Source: the human T2T-CHM13v2.0 reference genome, Homo sapiens
Strand: one strand, 5' to 3'
Assembly: GCF_009914755.1 (NCBI RefSeq)
Contig: NC_060930.1
DNA: 64,000 nucleotides
Every line of letters starts with the position of its first letter. The first letter of the stretch is position 1. Of the stretch, positions 1-13,112 are shown piece by piece. Made by a program: the position numbers and the translations under genes. The notes beneath the pieces are model-generated. The model did not search any database. It had not been told where the DNA came from and saw only the letters and a list, made by a program, of their open reading frames with translations.

Positions 1-639
1 GATGATTTCATAGTGAAAAGAGAACATGCATATGAGTATAAGCACAGATATGTGTCTACGTGCAGAGAGGCCAGGCTGATGAAGCCCAGATTTCACTTGT
101 CAGAAATGGCTGCTCAGATGTAGACTATTGGGTAGATAAGACTTTTCCGGCATTTCCTTCACACTATTGGCATTTATTTCACTACACCTTTCCACTCAAC
201 AATTCTTAGAAAAAAATGTGAACTTGTAATAGATAGCATATATTTATGTTGAATATACTTCCTCACCTTTTTTTTTGAGATGATATTTCTAAGAATAGTC
301 AGATACATAAAAATTGTCAAGCTTATTACTTAATTGTTTAACAAGGGCTGTCTTCACTAAAAATGATAATGGGACACTAAGTTAAGCATACATTGTAATG
401 TTATCTCGGCCAATTATCTCCAGCAAAAGTTTGTCACAGAGTGGAGTATCACTTATTTATAAGGCAGAAGAAAATTTTAATCTAATCACCATAGTAAGAA
501 TTCCTTGACTTGAAATCTTGAGGACACAGGGAAGCAATTTTGCTTTTTTTCTACTGTTGAATGTAGCATATAATTATTGAAAGCCTCTTATATGCTAGTA
601 GCTAGCATGAATGTAAAGATAAGTAGGATAGAGTCCCAG

Positions 640-1017
640 TGTCTTAGTCTATTTAGGGTTGCTAAAAAGAAATACCTGAGGCTGGGTAATTTATAATGAA
701 AAGAGGTTTATTTGGCTGACAGTGCTGCAGGTGGTATAAGAAGCACGGTGCCAGCATCTGCTTCCAGTGAGGGCTTCAGGCTGTTTCCACTCATGGCGGA
801 AGGTGTAGGGGAGCCAGGATGTTCAGAGATCACATGGTGGGAGAGGAAGAAAGGGCAGCGGGTGCTCTTTTTAACAACCAGTTCACTCATTACCTCCAAG
901 ATGACACCAAGCCATCTTTGCCCCCGTGACCCACACACCTCCCATTAGGCCCCTACCTCCCTCACTGGGATCAAATTTCAACATGAGCTTTGAGGGACAA
1001 ACATGCAAATTATAGCA
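640..1017 (-). mobile_element. MaLR solo LTR, MSTB-type
   Basis: TG...CA ends, MST motifs (ctgggtaatttataatgaaaagaggtt; aaatttcaacatgag), 5-bp TSD CCCAG at 635-639 and 1018-1022. Confidence 0.88.
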
Positions 1018-1224
1018 CCCAGTGTTTAAGGACATCACCCATGTAACAGGAAATGAAAGCTGCATGAAAGTAGCTATATTATAAAAGAATATACTAGGAA
1101 GGGTATAAGAATGTGTTTTAAGAGGAAGGGCAGAACACATCCAAGAGAGCAGTCATGTAGGAGGGGGTATGTGAGAAGTAAAATAGATGATTAATGTTGT
1201 GTTCTCATGAAATTTGGCTTTCTC

Positions 1225-1345
1225 TCTTAGACCATAAGCTCCACGAGGTTAAGAATCATGTCTCTTTTATCATCTCTCTCCAGCCATCTACACAAGTACC
1301 TAGCACGATACCTGGCACAATTAATGTGGTCATCAATGAATAAAG
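1225..1345 (+). mobile_element. L2 3' end fragment
   Basis: tagaccataagctccacgagg...cctagcac...cctggcaca...aatgaataa resembles the L2 terminus. Confidence 0.55.
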
Positions 1346-1559
1346 CAGGGAAAATAGATTAGCATCAAGTGTCTAGTCTGTGCCAGGCCCTTTCCTGGTT
1401 GATCCGTATACAAACCACTGAAGAAGGATTCCTTCAGCTCCTCCACTGACCTCTTTCTCTCTCTCCTCCTCCTCCTCCTTCCTTTTAAACAAAGGAAGAA
1501 ATCACAGCTCAAGGAGTGAATTGACCTAAGATAGGCTGGAGCCTCAGCTATGGAATTAG

Positions 1560-1762
1560 CCCTGAATTCTCACAGGCTCTGCTTCTTAATGGTTATGTGA
1601 CCTTAGGCAAGTTAATTAACTAGTCTCAGCTTCCTGCTCTTTAAATAGGGTGATAATACTACCACTCGTAGCATTGTAATGAAGGTCATGTCAGATGAGG
1701 TGTATGAAGTGTCTAGGTCCATGCTTGAGACTTAAAATGGTCAGATGGTGTTAGCTGTTATT
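1560..1762 (+). mobile_element. MIR
   Basis: MIR core gtgaccttaggcaagttaattaac...ctcagcttcc. Confidence 0.65.
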
Positions 1763-2430
1763 GACATTGTTGTCATTGCTAACATTGTCAAACTAGAAAT
1801 AGTATTACCTCCTTCACTAATTTGTCTTAAGGAGTACATTGAGATTTGTGTACTGTGAGAAAGCTTTGTCACCTTACCATGGTCTCAGTAAGGCCCAACA
1901 TTATTCTGTGAAAATATATTTGGCAGTGAGGGAGGTAATCAAAGAGGTTACCTTTGTAGCGTTTACAAAACCAGTTAAACTGGATTGATAATCTAAGGAT
2001 GGTGTTAAAGAGTAAGGAAAGACATAGTGTAAGATAGAGAAAAAGGATAAGAAAGGACAAAGTGAAAAAAGGATGAAGATTACAGCCTAGGAAATGGAAA
2101 GGGAAAAATGTAGCCCAAGTGTAACATTGTAAGTCCAAATCAGAGATATAACTATTGAGGGGCAAAAAGAGGGCATGGACCATTTCAAAGAAGCAATTCC
2201 ACACAGAAGAAGGTTGGCAGAGTGTGCAGGGGACTATTTAGGATGCATCAGTTCCCTGGTTATGAAGTGGAAGTATTGGTATAGGCCTCGGGGGTAAGGA
2301 GGTTGAAGTGCACTCTAATTTACTTGATATTTAAATAAATGTGAGACAAGGCAGATGATGGCTGGGGAGGTATGGGGAGACAGGGAGGTTGAGACTTGCT
2401 TATGAACCGCATATAGAATGTGATGCGGGT

Positions 2431-2779
<349 letters not shown>

Positions 2780-5367
2780 CTAAGAACAAAATGTGAATAA
2801 GGAATAAGCAGAGAGAAACATCTCGGTGTATGAGACTCTTTTGCTTTGGCAGGCATTTAATTTTGGGCACCAAGATAATGTCAGAACACGTAGCATAAAA
2901 GCTCCAGTACCAGATGGGATATAGCCCTTATTGTAATCTGTGCAGTTTAGGAAGTTAGACTGGGATATGAAATAAAATTTCCATTTATTATTTTGGAAAT
3001 AATGTATGGCTAGGGCCAGGAATAAGTCCTTACTTATCAATAATAACATTGAATGTAAATGGACTAAACTCTCTAATCAAAAGACATAGATAGTGGCTAA
3101 ATGGATATAAAAAAACAAGACCCAGTGAACTATATCTACAAGAAACATAATTCATGTATAAAGACACACATAGACTGAAAATAAAGGAATGGAAAAAGAT
3201 ATTCCATCCCAAGGGAGCCAAAAAAGAGCAGGAAAAGCTATACTTATACTAGACAAAATAGATTTCAAGACAAAGTCCACAAAAAGAGAAAAAGATGGTC
3301 ATGATATAATGATAAAAAAGGTGAATTCAGCAAGAGGATATAACAATTGTATATATATATGCACTCAACACTGCAGCATGCAGATATAGAAAGCAAATAA
3401 TATTAGAGCTAAAGAGAGATAGACCCCAATACAATAATAGCTGGAGATTTCAACACCCAACTTTCAGCATTGGTGAGATCATCCAGACAGAAAATCAACA
3501 AAGAAACGTTGAACTTAATCTGGACTATAGGCCAAATGAATCTAATAGATAGTTACAGAATATTTTATCCAACAGCTGAAGAATACACATTCTTCTCTTT
3601 AGCACATGGCTTATTCTCAAAAACAGACCATATGTTAAGCCACAAAACAAGTCTTAAAAAATTCAAAAAATTGAAATCATATCAAGTATCTTTTCTGACC
3701 ACAGTGGAGCAAAACTAGAAATCAATAACAAAAGGAACTTTGGAAACTATACAATCACGTGGAAATTAAACAATATGCTCCTAAATAACCAGTGGGTCAG
3801 TAAAAACTCTAAGAAGCAAATTAAAAACTGTCTTGAAACAAATGAAAATGGAAACAAGACATATCAAAATCTATGGGATACAGCAAAAGCAGTACTAAAA
3901 GGAACATTTTTACCAATAAGCGCCTACATCAAAAAAGTAGAAAAAATCAAATAAACGATCTAACAATGCATTTTTATAAACTAGAAAAGCAAGAGCAAAC
4001 CAAACCCAAAATTAGTGAAGAAAAGAAACAATGAAGATCAGAGCGGAGATAAATGAAATTAAAATTTAAAAAAAATGAAAAAAGTTGTTTTCTAAAAAGA
4101 TAAATTGAGAAACTCTTAGCCAGACTAAGAAAAAAGAGACAAGACCCTGATAAATAAATTCAGAGATGAAAAAGGATACATTACAACTGTTACTGCAGAA
4201 ATTCAAAGGATCATTAGGGGCTACCATGGGCAACTATATGCCAATAAATTGGAAAACCTAGAAGACTTGGGCAAATTTCTAGACACCTACAACCTACTAA
4301 GATTGAAGCTTATGAAATTCAAAACCTGAATAGGGCAATAACAAGTAACAAGATTGAAGCCATAATAAAGAATCTCCCAGCCAAGAAAGTCCAAGATCCA
4401 ATGTCCTCACTGGTGAATTTCACCAAATATTTAAAGAAGAACTAATACCAATGCTTCTCAAACTATTCCAGAAAATAGAGAAGGAGGGAATACTTCCAAA
4501 CTTATTCTATAAAACCAATACTATCCTGATACCAAAACCAGACAAGGACACATCAAGAAAAGAAAACTACAGGTCAATATTTCTGATGAATATTCATGTG
4601 AAAATCCTCAATAAAATACTAGCAAACAGAATCCAACAGCACATTAAAAACAGCATTCATCATGACCATGTGGGATTTATCCCAGATATGCAAAGATGGT
4701 TCAACATAAGTAAATAAATCAATGTGATTCATCATATAAGCAGAATGAAGGACAAAAACTATATGATAATTTTAACTGATGCCTAAAAACCATTTGATAA
4801 AATTCAACATTATGATAAAAACCCCCCAAAAAACTGGGTATAGAAGGAACATACCTCAACACCATAAAAGCCATGTATGACAGACTCACAGCTAGTATCA
4901 TACTGAATGGGGAAAAACTGATGAGAGGAAAAAATGGCCTTTCCTGTAAGATCTGGAACAAGAAAAAGATGTCCACATTCACAACTGTTGTTCAACATGG
5001 TGCTGGAAGTTCTATCTACAGCAATCAGGCAAGAGAAGGGAATAAAGGGCACCCGAATTGGAAAGGAAGAAGTCAAATTATCTTTGCATGCAGAAGATAT
5101 AATTTTATATTTGGAAAAACCTAAAGACGCCACCAAAAAACTATTAGAACTGATAATCAAATTCAGTAAAGTTGCAGGATACAAAATCAACATACAAAAA
5201 TCAGTAGCATTTCTATATGCCAACAGCAAACAATCTAAAAAAGAAATCAAGAAAGTAATCCCATTTATAATAACTACATATAAAATAATATATTTGGGAA
5301 TTAACCAAAGAAGTGGAAGTTCTCTACAATCAAAACCATAAAATACTGATGAAAGAAACTGAAGAAG

Positions 5368-5406
5368 ACACACACATACACACACAAACACACACACACA
5401 CACACA
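5368..5406 (+). repeat. Interrupted (CA)n microsatellite within the L1
   Basis: acacacacatacacacacaaacacacacacacacacac. Confidence 0.85.
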
Positions 5407-6258
5407 AATAGAAAGATATTCCATGTTCATGGATTGGAAGAATCAATATTGTTAAAATGTCCACACCACCCAAAGTAATGTACAAATTTAATGCAGTTCC
5501 TATCAAAACACCAATGACATTCTTCACAGAAATGGAGAAAACAATCATAAAATTAATATGGAACCACAAAAGACCCAGAATATCCAAAGCTATCCTGAGC
5601 AAAAAAGAACGAAACTGGAGGCATTACGTTATGCAACTTCAAATTATACTACAGAGCTGTGCTAACCAAAACAGCAGGGTACTGGCATAAAAACAGACAC
5701 ATAGACCAGTGGAACAGAATAGAGAACATAGAAATTAATCCATACATCTACAGTGAACTCATTTTCAACAAAGGTGCCAAGAACATACTTTGGGGAAAGA
5801 ATGGTTTCTTCAATAAATGGTGCTGGGAAAACTGGATACCCATATGTAGAAGAATGAAACTAGATCCCATCTGTTGTGATACACAAAAATCAAATCAAAA
5901 TGGAGTAAAGATTTAAATTTCTAAGACCTGAACCTATGAAACTACTAAAAGAAAATATTGGGGGAAACTCTTTAGGACATTGGACTGGGCAAAGATTTCT
6001 TGATTAGTACCCTCACAAGCACAGGAAACCAAAGCAAAAGTGGCAAATGGGATTACATCATGTTAAAGAGTGTCTGCACAGCAAAGGAAACAATCAACGA
6101 AGTGAAGAGGCAACCTACAGAATGGGAGAAAATATTTGCAAACTATCTGCCTGACAAGGGATAAATAACTACAGTACATAAAGAGCTTAAATAACTCTAT
6201 AGGAGAAATTTAATAATTTGATTAAAAATGGGCAAAAGATCTGAATAGACATTTCTCA

Positions 6259-6580
<322 letters not shown>

Positions 6581-7884
6581 AAAAATGGCAAACAGGTATA
6601 TGAAAATATGCTCAACATCATTGATCATCAGAGAAATACAAATGAAAACTACAGTGAGATATCATCTCTCCCCAGTTAAAATGGCTTTTATCTAAAAGAC
6701 AAGTAATAACAAATGCTGGTGAGAATGTGGAGAAAAGAGAACCTTTGTACACTGTTGGTGGGAATGTAAATTAGTATAGCCACTATGGAGAACAGTTTTG
6801 GAGGTTCCTCATAAAACTAAAAATAGAACCACCATAATATGATCCAGCAATTCTACTGCTAAGCGTATACCCAAAAGAAAGGAAATCTTATATCAAAGAG
6901 ATATCTGTCCTCTCATGTTTATTGCAGCACTACTCACAATAGCCAATATTTGGAATCAACCTAAGTGTCCATCAACAGATGAATGGATAAAGAAAATGTG
7001 GTACATATACACAATGGAGTACTATTCATTCATAGAAAAGAATGGAATCCTGTCATCTGCAAAAACATGAATGGAACTGGAAGTCATATGTTAAGTGAAT
7101 TAAGCCAGGAACAGAAAGACAAACTTTGCATGTTCTCACTTATTTGTGGGAGGTAAAAAATTTAAAACAATTGAACTCACAGAGTGTAGAATGATGGTTA
7201 GAAGAGGCTGGGCAGGGGTGGGGAGAATGGGAATGGTTAATGGGTGCAAAAATATAGTTAGATAGAATGAGTATGATTAAATAGAATAACAGGGAGAGCA
7301 CAGTCAACAATAATTTATTACACATCTTAAGATAGCTAAAATAATATAATTGAATTGTTTGCAACACAAAGAATGGATAAATGCTTGAGGTGATGGATAT
7401 CCCATTTACCCTGATGTGATTATTATGCATTGTATGGCTGTATAAAAATATCTCATGTACCCCATAAATCTATACACCTACTATGTACCCACAAAAATTA
7501 AAAATTTCTATAGCATAAAATTTTGCAGAGATTCAAATAAGAATACTACAAATTAATTATTAAATTGAAAATTTCCCCAGTTTATTTGTCTGTGCCATGT
7601 TGATTCGAAATGCAGGTTCTCCTCAATAAGGTACATTTTATTTAAATAAGTGCAAGTTGAAATAGTTAGGTATATCTTTGCCTTCTTAGCTGGAAATCAC
7701 ATTCCTTGAAGGCAGAGTTTGTGTTTGCTGCAATGAATCTTTCACAGTGTCCAGCATATGAAATCCCTTGTATCTTATATTAGTTTAAACATTTATTGTA
7801 TTAGTAAAAAAACATATTTACTAATTATTTGAGGGTAGTGGGTGCTTAATCAATGCTTATTTAACCAAATTTTTTTGTACCTAA

Positions 7885-8415
<531 letters not shown>

Positions 8416-10236
8416 TGACTACCCTTCCTTGTCCTTACTGAGAATTCCAATGTACCCTCGAGAGACTCCCCAATCCTTTCTCTTTTAAGGGCAAGGACTT
8501 TATTTCTATCTCTATATTTATCATCCAGAAGCTGCTCATTTGTAATGGGTGATCAGAAAAACATCTGTTGAGTTGAATAAATGTGTACTTGTGACTGGAA
8601 ATTATTTACATAATACCATGTGTATAATTTAACTGCCTGATATTTGAAAATGCAAATGTATTTGTTATTTGAGATTACTTAAAATATGTGACCCTTCAAA
8701 AGGAGCTAGCTTTAATATTTGGGAGGAGTAATGCTTCTTGAAAGATATTCCCTTTAAAGGCCTATGAGTCTCCTATGACTTGCCTATCAAATGCCAGCTT
8801 TATGACACTAGCATCTGAATAAAGTGCAAATAACACCATTAAAAAGGTCCTTGCAGTTGGCAAGTGGTGATTCATTTAGATGGGTCATCATGTTTTTAAT
8901 TAACTCTTTCTTAGTATGCAATAATGAAAAGTGCTTAGAGTGGTCATAGGCCTGAGGACATCCCCCAAGTTGCTAGTCGAGGAACAGTATTTTGTTGCAA
9001 GCTGAATGGGCCACCAGTTTGAGCAGGGGGATTTTTCAGCTTCAATGATCTCACAGTATAGGCATTCTGATTGAGGTTATTATTTCCTACAATTGTTTTC
9101 TAAAGAATGATTTTTAAAATGCAGATTATACATTGATGTAATTTGGGCTTAAGTTTACAGTAAATTAGCCAGGCCAAAACAAGGTAGCAGTAAGAAAACT
9201 TCCCAGGAAACCTAGTACTTTTGAATGAGAATAAAGAAACAAAAAATAATTAGTCACAAGATTTTAGCTAAATGAGTGCTTTAAAAATAATATAATTTAG
9301 TTAACACTTATTTTTCTTTAGCATAATCTTCTTGGTTATAATAGTTTTTACCAAAAGGAAAGAAGGCAGATGCTTTTTTAAAATATAGATATCTTCAGAT
9401 AAATTCCTAAGAAAACTTCAGGAAGAAATCATGGCAGTTTAGCATGAATTACGTTGGTCTGAAATTGTGTCATTCACACAGAACTGTAGTGCTCTCCTTG
9501 ATGTCAGATCAACATGTTTAGTACTTGGCAGAAAAAAAGAAAGTGAATGATTAGAGTGGTGTTAGTCCATTTGTACTGGAATACAAAGAAGAATAAGGAC
9601 AGATGGACAGAAACAAACCTAATCCAGTATAAAGGTAACAATAAAATAAAGGGAAAAGTAAAAGATAATTTGTTTTTAGATTAAAGGAATTTAAATTTAA
9701 TATATGTGGTAAGTAGAAATTATCTTCTCACCATATTTTCTCTCATTCAACTAATAATTATTGCCAGGGAACGCAATGTTTTGAGCTGCAGACGGTGGTA
9801 GCCATATAAAAACGTATAAAACATACTGCCATACCTTGAAGGCCTCTTATAGCTGAGAAGGTAAGATTTAAAGGATGAAAAGAGCTTAAAGGAATAATTA
9901 ATAACTAATATTTGCATAGCATTCAAAAGTTTAGAAGGTATTTTTACATACCATTTTGTAAGTTTAAAAGTAAATTGCTAGATTTCATTCTTCTGTTAGA
10001 ATTTCCTTTGGCTTTGTCTTTGGAAAACAACATTAAATTTGGGATTGCGATTACTTCTTAGATTTACTTCAGTTTTCTCAACCATTCTTAGGGGTTCTAT
10101 TCCCTGATCCTTCCAATTTCTATGATTTGTCATCTCATCATTACCTCAATGGATAATGCCTCTGAATTTGCAAAGTGAATTTAACTTTTAAACTTGTAAA
10201 ATACGTACATTAATTATGGCAATAACTGATGCTAGA

Positions 10237-10543
10237 ATTTTTTTTTTTTTTTTTTTTGAGACAGGGTCTCACTCTGTCATCCAGGCTGGGTGGAGTGCAG
10301 TGGCAGGATCACAGTTCACTGCAGCCTCGACGGCCCTGGACTCAGGTGATCCTCTCACTTCCGCCTCCCAAGTAGTTGAGACCGCAGGCCTGTGCCACCA
10401 TACCTGGGCTAATTTTTGTATTTTTTTTTTTTTTTTTTTTGTAGAGATGGAGTCTTGCTATGTTGCCCAGGCTGGTCTCAAACTCCTGGGTTCAAGTGCT
10501 CCTCCTCCCTTGGCCTCCCAAATTGCTGGGATTACAAGTGTGA
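10237..10543 (-). mobile_element. AluJ
   Basis: Antisense Alu with J-type features and an expanded T-rich linker. Confidence 0.88.
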
Positions 10544-12104
10544 AGATCCTGGAATTTCTAGGACATAAATGATTGTAAATGTTTTATCTTGTTGTCAGAT
10601 CATGTGACCTGACTTCTCAGAAAATATCTACCTTATCTGTGGCCTCCACTTCCTTATCATTCAATTGATAAAACCTTTAATCTGAATTTTCTATTATATA
10701 TATATTCTGAATATGTAGTTATATATTATATATTCTATTATATATATTCTGAAATTATATTTTCAAAGATGCCCTTATTATCAAATCTGATAGTCTTTAT
10801 TCCCCCTTCTGTTTTACTTAACTTCTTTTCCATTCTATTCATTGGCCTTTCTTCTTTAAATATTAAGGATTCTAGAGACCTAGAAATTTAGTCTCTAGAA
10901 ACTTAAGGGCTCTGGGCCTTGAATTTACTACCTATGTATGTGCTTCCAATAGCTTATATTTTTGTCTCCTTTCATGAATCCTTCTTAGCCCATCACCAGC
11001 CTCATTCTTCCAAATCGTAAATGGCCTTCCTTATGGGCTGCTTGAGCCACACACATTTCTTAAAGGCTCAGAAATACTCTGTTTGCATATCCACTTCCAT
11101 TCCTCAGTTCTAGGACTCCTCCAGACTGAATTATTGCCTTCCCCAAGCTTTCGTTCAACTCATACCTTCTCTTTACAGCTTGCTTTGCCCACAGTAATTT
11201 ATTTTCCTTTAAATTCTCAAGCATTTGACCCTCACTACCTCATACTGTTAATTAACTTTGTGTTCGTATCTCACCCCCCTAGAAGAATGCAAAATCTCTG
11301 AGGATTAGCGCTGTACTTTAGCTTTTTATTTTTTTGCTTGGTAGGGGACAACGAACATAATGCTGAACACATATTTGTTACCTAAAAAAGGCACATGTTC
11401 CATGATGTCAATGTAATCTTGTTTAGGTGAGTATATTCAACTTTTTTCTTTTATCCTTTTTGGCTGCTGTTTGTGAGTTTGATCATTCTTGTTATAAAAT
11501 TACCACATGTAACCTTTTGAGAAGCATTAGAAGAATTAAAAGATGGCAAAAGCAGGCCTATAGGAAATAGTGGTAATGGATACGTCCAAGGTTACTACTA
11601 TGGGCCACTGTGCTCTGCATTGCAAGATTTGTTTGAACATACTCAAGAAATTGAAGTTCAGACAGGTTAATTTATCCAAGGTCCCACAAAAAGTAAATGG
11701 CTGTGCTGAGTTTCAAGGACCCATGTCTGCCTGGATCCAAAGGGCAAGTCAGTTTCAGTGCTGGATGACTGAGAATTACAAAATTTCTTGAAAAAGCACT
11801 AGGCACAATAGTTGGCGTTCAACAAACGCTCACACACACATCTGCCCTGGAATTGGGTCTACTTAAACAGAAGGGGGAAAAAAAGCTTGCTGAAATAATT
11901 ATACTTCTTCGTAACTACCAAGCTCATGTTTGACTGACTATAGTAATCCTATGCCCTCCTTCACATTGACGCTAGAAAAAATGCCTGGCAGTATTTCAAA
12001 TCATGATGCCTATTTTTCTCTCGATCAAGTAACAACTCAAATTATACTTTAAAAAGAAAAAAAGCAAATTATAAAGTTGCATTCAGCTGACAAGAGACTA
12101 AAGG

Positions 12105-12560
12105 AATCTGTGAAACAGAATTTATTTGATGCCTAGGTTTCTCCCTCACCCGACGAAGACCAAATGCTGCTGATCCGTAAGTAACTTCGCAAGGTAAACT
12201 GAGGGGCCTGGCAGCATCTGGGCCTCCCTTAAAGGTCGAAATCAAGTGCGCTCGCCCTCCTTCTGTCCGCCTTTTCCCTTTAAGGTCCTCGAGGCTGCTT
12301 CGCTGCAGAAAGTAACTCCGCGTCGCCGCCGCGGAAAGTGGGGCAACTTTGCCTATCAGCAGAAACCTTTTGATCCATCTGAGGCGACAAACCAGACCAA
12401 ACGCCCGCCCAAGCTGTTCCGAGCCTCCGGGGGGAGAGCGAGCCCAAGCTCCTCTGCACCGCTTCCTCATCCGCTCGCTGCACCTGGACGCGGTCGGCGC
12501 GCGACCCCCGGCCGTGACGTCACCGCACCTGGCAGCAGCCGTGGGGACCGGGAGAGAGCC
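12105..12560 (-). ncRNA. Probable divergent (upstream antisense) transcript, CD2AP-DT-like; ends approximate
   Basis: Orientation-independent promoter elements plus a minus-strand AATAAA (tttatt at 12121-12126) at the edge of the CpG island. I recall a divergent lncRNA annotated at this locus. Confidence 0.4.
12514..12523. promoter_or_regulatory. Palindromic CRE (CREB/ATF site)
   Basis: GTGACGTCAC containing the full TGACGTCA consensus, in a proximal promoter position. Confidence 0.8.
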
Positions 12561-12570
12561 CGAACGCGAC

Positions 12571-12590
12571 GGGGCGGGGTGGGGCGGGGA
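12571..12590 (+). promoter_or_regulatory. Tandem GC boxes (Sp/KLF)
   Basis: GGGGCGGGGT GGGGCGGGGA. Confidence 0.8.
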
Positions 12591-12602
12591 GAACGAGGGC
12601 GT

Positions 12603-12612
12603 TCTCGCGAGA
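12603..12612. promoter_or_regulatory. TCTCGCGAGA palindrome (CGCG element; BANP / ZBTB33-associated motif)
   Basis: Exact 10-bp palindrome just upstream of the inferred TSS. Confidence 0.8.
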
Positions 12613-12649
12613 TTTGCCTCCTCCCGGTCCCAGCTCCCCGCACCTTCTC

Positions 12650-13108
12650 GGCCTCTGTCTGGGTCCCCACCTTAGTCTACGGTGTCGCCTTTTCTAACTG
12701 CGAGTGCTAAGGAAGAGGCGAGGGGCGGGCTCCGAGGCTAGGCGGGCGCTCGGGGTTGGAGCCGAGGGTCTGGGCAAACCGGTGGGTCCCTCCCCACTGC
12801 GGGAGCGGCCAGGGTGGGAAAACCGCGGTCGGGCGGGCGGGGTAGGGCCCTCCCGCCGCCGTGGCTCCTGGGGAGGCCAGGGGTGAGGAGCTGTCGCCGC
12901 CTTTGCCTCTGCCTCGAGGGCCGCGCTGAAGAGACTGGTAGGAGAGCGCCGCGGGCGGATGGAGGCGACTCTTCGCCCCGCCTGAGCTCAGGAGGGGCTA
13001 GCGCGGAGCGCGGGTCCCGCCTCCAGCCGCGGGAGCGGCCGCGCGAGCCACCACAGGAGGAGGAGGAGGAGGAGCGGACGTCGGCTTCTCCCCGCGGGAG
13101 CCCCCAGC
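12650..13108 (+). other. CD2AP: CD2AP 5'UTR part of exon 1 (start approximate)
   Basis: GC-rich sequence between the promoter elements and the start ATG. The TSS is inferred ~40-50 bp downstream of the TCTCGCGAGA element and is not directly visible. Confidence 0.7.
12959..12985 (+). other. Upstream ORF MEATLRPA* in the CD2AP 5'UTR
   Basis: Only ATG seen in the 5'UTR (cggATGg); stop TGA at 12983-12985. Confidence 0.65.
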
Positions 13109-13112
13109 ATGG
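13109..13112 (+). CDS. CD2AP: CD2AP coding exon 1 (ATG plus first base of codon 2)
   Basis: agcATGG|gtaaga: strong Kozak context (A at -3, G at +4) followed by a GT donor at 13113, inside the CpG island. Joins exon 2 in frame (G+TT = Val). Confidence 0.95.

Noticed and set aside
11417-11432. tcttgtttAG|GTGAGT recursive-like motif
   Set aside because: It lies upstream of the CD2AP TSS. It shows that such motifs arise by chance and tempers the intronic candidates.
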